From contig CAXHZO010000001.1 in NCBI GenBank assembly GCA_964022095.1, positions 288,001 to 352,000 of the forward strand: 64,000 nt of DNA, written 5' to 3'. Position 1 is the first letter of the stretch; every line of letters starts with the position of its first letter. This DNA comes from an uncultured Arcobacteraceae bacterium (GTDB lineage: Bacteria; Campylobacterota; Campylobacteria; Campylobacterales; Arcobacteraceae). The notes beneath the pieces were generated by a model. That model was not told the DNA's origin and did not search any database. It saw nothing but the letters and a program-made list of their open reading frames with translations. Shown here one piece after another: positions 60,738-64,000 of the stretch. Position numbers and translations under genes: made by a program.

Positions 60738-62051
60738 ATGACAAATAACAAAAAATTTTATGAAAGAATATATATGAAATACAAATTTTTAACAGTTTCT
60801 ATTCCTATTTTGATTTTTATTATCGCATCTTTTTACATTACAGCACAGTTTATAAAACCAAGCCCAAAAAAGGAGATTACAATTGCAACGGGTTCAAAAT
60901 CTGGTCAATATTATCAAACTGCACTAAAATATAAAGAGCTTTTAGAAAAAGAGAAAGTTACAGTAAATATCATAAATACAAGTGGTTCTATTGAAAACTT
61001 AGAGCTAATTCAAGAAAACAAAGCAGATATTGCTTTTGTTCAAAATGGCAGTGTAAAAGATACTAAAGATATTGAAGCATTAGCTTCTGTTTATAATGAA
61101 CCTTTATGGATTTTTTTTAATAACAATATAGAAAAAACAAACTATATAAAAGATTTTGTTGGTAAGAAAATCTCAATTGGGGCTTTTAAAAGTGGAACTG
61201 AAGATTTGAGTTTAGAAGTTTTAAACACAAATGGACTTGATAATTCAAATACTGAATTTGTAAACCTAGATTCAACACAAGCAAAACAATCACTTCTAAA
61301 TGGAGATATAGATGCTATCTTTTTAGTAACATCTGCAAATAATACAATAATAAAAGAATTACTTTTAGAAAAAGATATTTCGCTTTTTTCATTTAGAAGA
61401 GCAAATGCTTATGGCAAAAAGTTTAATTACTTAAATGCTGTGAATCTTCATGAAGGAACTATAAACCTTCATAAAAATTTACCAAATGAAGATAAAAAAC
61501 TATTAGCAACATCAGCTTTACTAATAGCTCATAAAGATTTTTCAGATGAATTAATTAGAATCTTACTTAAAAAAGTAAAAGAAGTACACGCTCCTAAAAG
61601 TATGTTCTCACAAGCAGGTGAATTTCCAACAAAATTTGGAATAACAATTTCTATGAATGAAGAAGCTGACAGATACCTAACATATGGCGATACTTGGTTA
61701 GAGAAGATCTTTCCATATTGGATAGCTTCAAACCTAGATAGATTAAAAATTTTACTAATTCCATTATTAACTTTAATGATTCCTATTTTTAAAGGAGTAT
61801 TTCCTTTATATAGATGGAGTATTAGATCTAAAATTTATAGATGGTATGATGAGCTTCAAGAGCTAGATTTATCTTTAGATGGATTACAAAAAGATGAAAT
61901 GCTTAAAAAAATCGAAGAACTTGAAGTACTAAAAAAAGAGATAAAAGATGAAACAAAAGTTCCATTAGCATATATGGGTGAATATTATGATCTTATTATG
62001 CATATAGAATTAATCATCTCAAAGGCAAATATACGAATTCACGGTGAGTAA
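60738..62051 (+). CDS. TAXI-family solute-binding protein with C-terminal TM and cytoplasmic tail
   Basis: IATGSKSGQY, TSGSIENL, ADIAFVQ, GSGT-like KSGT; LLIPLLTLMIP TM then YRWSIRSKIYRWY. Confidence 0.82.
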   Translation: MTNNKKFYERIYMKYKFLTVSIPILIFIIASFYITAQFIKPSPKKEITIATGSKSGQYYQTALKYKELLEKEKVTVNIINTSGSIENLELIQENKADIAFVQNGSVKDTKDIEALASVYNEPLWIFFNNNIEKTNYIKDFVGKKISIGAFKSGTEDLSLEVLNTNGLDNSNTEFVNLDSTQAKQSLLNGDIDAIFLVTSANNTIIKELLLEKDISLFSFRRANAYGKKFNYLNAVNLHEGTINLHKNLPNEDKKLLATSALLIAHKDFSDELIRILLKKVKEVHAPKSMFSQAGEFPTKFGITISMNEEADRYLTYGDTWLEKIFPYWIASNLDRLKILLIPLLTLMIPIFKGVFPLYRWSIRSKIYRWYDELQELDLSLDGLQKDEMLKKIEELEVLKKEIKDETKVPLAYMGEYYDLIMHIELIISKANIRIHGE

Positions 62052-62100
62052 TTTTAGCTACTTTTGATATAATATCACCAAAAAATATAAGGACTTTGAT

Positions 62101-63066
62101 TTGAGAATTTTATCAGGTATTCAACCATCAGGAACTATTCATATCGGAAACTATTTTGGTATGGTAAAAAAGATGATTGAATCACAAGATCAGGGTGAAT
62201 TATTTGCATTTATTGCATCTTATCATGCCCTAACTTCAGTAAAAGAAAAAGAGGTTTTAGAGCAAAACACTTTTGAAGCAGCAGTAAACTTTCTAGCACT
62301 TGGAATGGACCCAGAAAAATCTACATTTTGGGTACAGCATCATGTAAAAGAGGTTTTAGAGCTTTACTGGATATTATCAAATCATACTTCTATGGGGCTT
62401 TTAGAAAGAGCTCACTCATACAAAGATAAAACTGCAAAGGGTATTCAAGCAAATCATGGATTGTTTTCATACCCTGTTTTAATGGCAGCAGATATCTTAC
62501 TATTTGATTCAAATATCGTTCCAGTTGGAAAAGACCAAATCCAACACGTAGAGATGACAAGAGATATTGCAAATAGCTTTAATCATCACTACAACACAGA
62601 TATTTTAGTTTTACCTGAAGCGAAGGTTGATGAAGTGGTTGCAACAGTTCCAGGAACTGATGGTGCAAAAATGTCAAAATCGTATAACAACACTATTGAT
62701 ATGTTCAACACTAAGAAAAAAATCAAAAAGCAAGTTATGGGAATAGTAACTGATTCAAAAGAACTTGATGAGCCAAAAGAGTGGGAAAACTGTAATGTAT
62801 ATAAGCTTTGTGAACTATTTATGAACGAAGATGAATTAAAAGAGTTACAACAAAGATATGCAACTCCAGGTGAAGGTTATGGACACTTTAAATTAAGTTT
62901 ATTTGATAAAATCAATGAACATTTTGAACCATACGCTCAAAAAAGAGAGCACTACTTAAACAATCCAAAAGAAGTACATGAAATCTTAGCACATGGTGCA
63001 AGTAAAGCTAAAAAAATAGCTGCTGCTAAAATGGAAGTTATTAGAGATACTGTGGGGTTGATTTAG
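62101..63066 (+). CDS. trpS: Tryptophan--tRNA ligase
   Basis: SGIQPSG.IHIGNY, YPVLMAADIL, VPVGKDQ, KMSKS. Confidence 0.97.
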   Translation: MRILSGIQPSGTIHIGNYFGMVKKMIESQDQGELFAFIASYHALTSVKEKEVLEQNTFEAAVNFLALGMDPEKSTFWVQHHVKEVLELYWILSNHTSMGLLERAHSYKDKTAKGIQANHGLFSYPVLMAADILLFDSNIVPVGKDQIQHVEMTRDIANSFNHHYNTDILVLPEAKVDEVVATVPGTDGAKMSKSYNNTIDMFNTKKKIKKQVMGIVTDSKELDEPKEWENCNVYKLCELFMNEDELKELQQRYATPGEGYGHFKLSLFDKINEHFEPYAQKREHYLNNPKEVHEILAHGASKAKKIAAAKMEVIRDTVGLI

Positions 63067-63069
63067 TTA

Positions 63070-63100
63070 AAATATAAAAGAGACTTTCTCTTTTATATTT
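63070..63100. terminator. Probably bidirectional terminator after trpS
   Basis: AAATATAAAAGAGA-CTT-TCTCTTTTATATTT. Confidence 0.7.
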
Positions 63101-63395
63101 ATTTATATTTTTTCCAATCAGATGAATAAAACATTCTAATACTTAATATAGTATATAGAAGACAAATAAATATAATATACTCAAATGATAATTCAAATAC
63201 ACTGTAAAAAAATAATGATGGATATATTATTCCAGAAAAAACAATAGCAATTATTTGTGAATAAAGTAACTCTTGCCAAAAAAGTTTAATCTTAAAAATA
63301 TGTGGGAATAATATTCAAAAAAATAATCCTCCTATATAAGAAGGTATTAAAAATATCAAAATCCATATAAATAAAGACAATTCATTATAACTCAT
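63099..63395 (-). pseudogene. Possible small membrane-protein gene interrupted by one in-frame TGA
   Basis: 98 codons from ATG 63395 to TAA 63099, hydrophobic throughout, single TGA at codon 27 (63315-63317). Confidence 0.4.
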
Positions 63396-63469
63396 AAAAT
63401 ACTCTTATTTTTAAGATATACAAAGAATACAATAAATTTTATAAGATTATTATTTAGTAAGATTGATAT

Positions 63470-64000
63470 TTATTTCTTACAAACAAATATCAATTTGTCA
63501 GCATCTTCATCACTATGAAGGTTAAAGTCTCTTATTTCTTTTACTTCAAAACCACATTTTTTAAGTACTTTTTCTAAATACTGTTTTGAGTGATACTCTT
63601 GAGTAATACTATCACTCTCTTTTGTAAAAGTTCCATTATCATTTTGTGTAAATAGCGTGAAATCTGTTTGTAGTTTTTCTTCATCAAAGTTTGCATCAAT
63701 ACCTATAAATCTATTTTCTAAATCTATATTAATACACCCTTGAGCAACCATATCAAAACCAAAGTATGAATTAACATCAAATACAAAGTATCCATCAGTA
63801 TTTAAAACCTCATATGTTTCTTTGATAAAATTTTCTAAGTCATTTTTTGAAATATAGTTTAATACATCAAAAATTGCAGTCGCACAATCAAATTTTTGAT
63901 TAACTTCATTTAGTGGTATAGCTTTTGCGTCTAAGCCTTTTTCTTGACAAACTTTTATTTGCTCAATACTTAGGTCCGTTCCAAAAGCTTTTTTGTCATT
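63470..64000 (-). CDS. Class I SAM-dependent methyltransferase (3' part; start outside window)
   Basis: Frame open to the window edge: AFGTDLSIEQI, FDCATAIFDVLNY, GYFVFDVNS. Confidence 0.85.
   Translation of the reverse strand, partial: NDKKAFGTDLSIEQIKVCQEKGLDAKAIPLNEVNQKFDCATAIFDVLNYISKNDLENFIKETYEVLNTDGYFVFDVNSYFGFDMVAQGCINIDLENRFIGIDANFDEEKLQTDFTLFTQNDNGTFTKESDSITQEYHSKQYLEKVLKKCGFEVKEIRDFNLHSDEDADKLIFVCKK

Noticed and set aside
751-62572. Many short antisense or alternate-frame ORFs in the track (e.g. 751-966, 3210-3413, 12580-12837, 29302-29592, 43651-43923, 62390-62572)
   Set aside because: They overlap well-supported genes, lack RBSs or motifs, and read as shadow frames.

Overview
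AT-rich bacterial chromosome segment whose gene content (hsrA/cosR, peb4-fba, napAGHBFLD, nrfHAI, DUF4492-cydAB) points to Campylobacterota, most likely Arcobacteraceae; this is inferred from gene content, not from a marker-gene phylogeny. The first ~22.5 kb is a PQQ-dependent alcohol oxidation locus. It has pqqBCD plus a truncated pqqE, two pqqA precursor genes missed by the ORF track, and two quinoprotein alcohol dehydrogenases: one with the lanthanide-type motif WDFDGVNE (PedH/ExaF-like, with a lipobox) and one with the calcium-type motif WDFSGNNE (PedE/ExaA-like). It also has cytochrome c550, PedABC/Lut-like ABC components, a second ABC transporter, and a SoxYZ-like carrier with a metallohydrolase. 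Seven promoters in this locus share the motif TGCTAAA-N5-GCTATA exactly 9 nt upstream of a -10 hexamer, which defines a candidate regulon. The rest of the window holds housekeeping genes, chemoreceptors (one frameshifted at an A9 tract), cytochrome bd with small accessory ORFs, a complete nitrate-ammonification locus (nap + nrf) with two identical Crp/Fnr-type boxes, two candidate anti-Shine-Dalgarno RNA elements flanking nrfI, phoD, serS and trpS. No rRNA, tRNA, CRISPR array or mobile element was seen.
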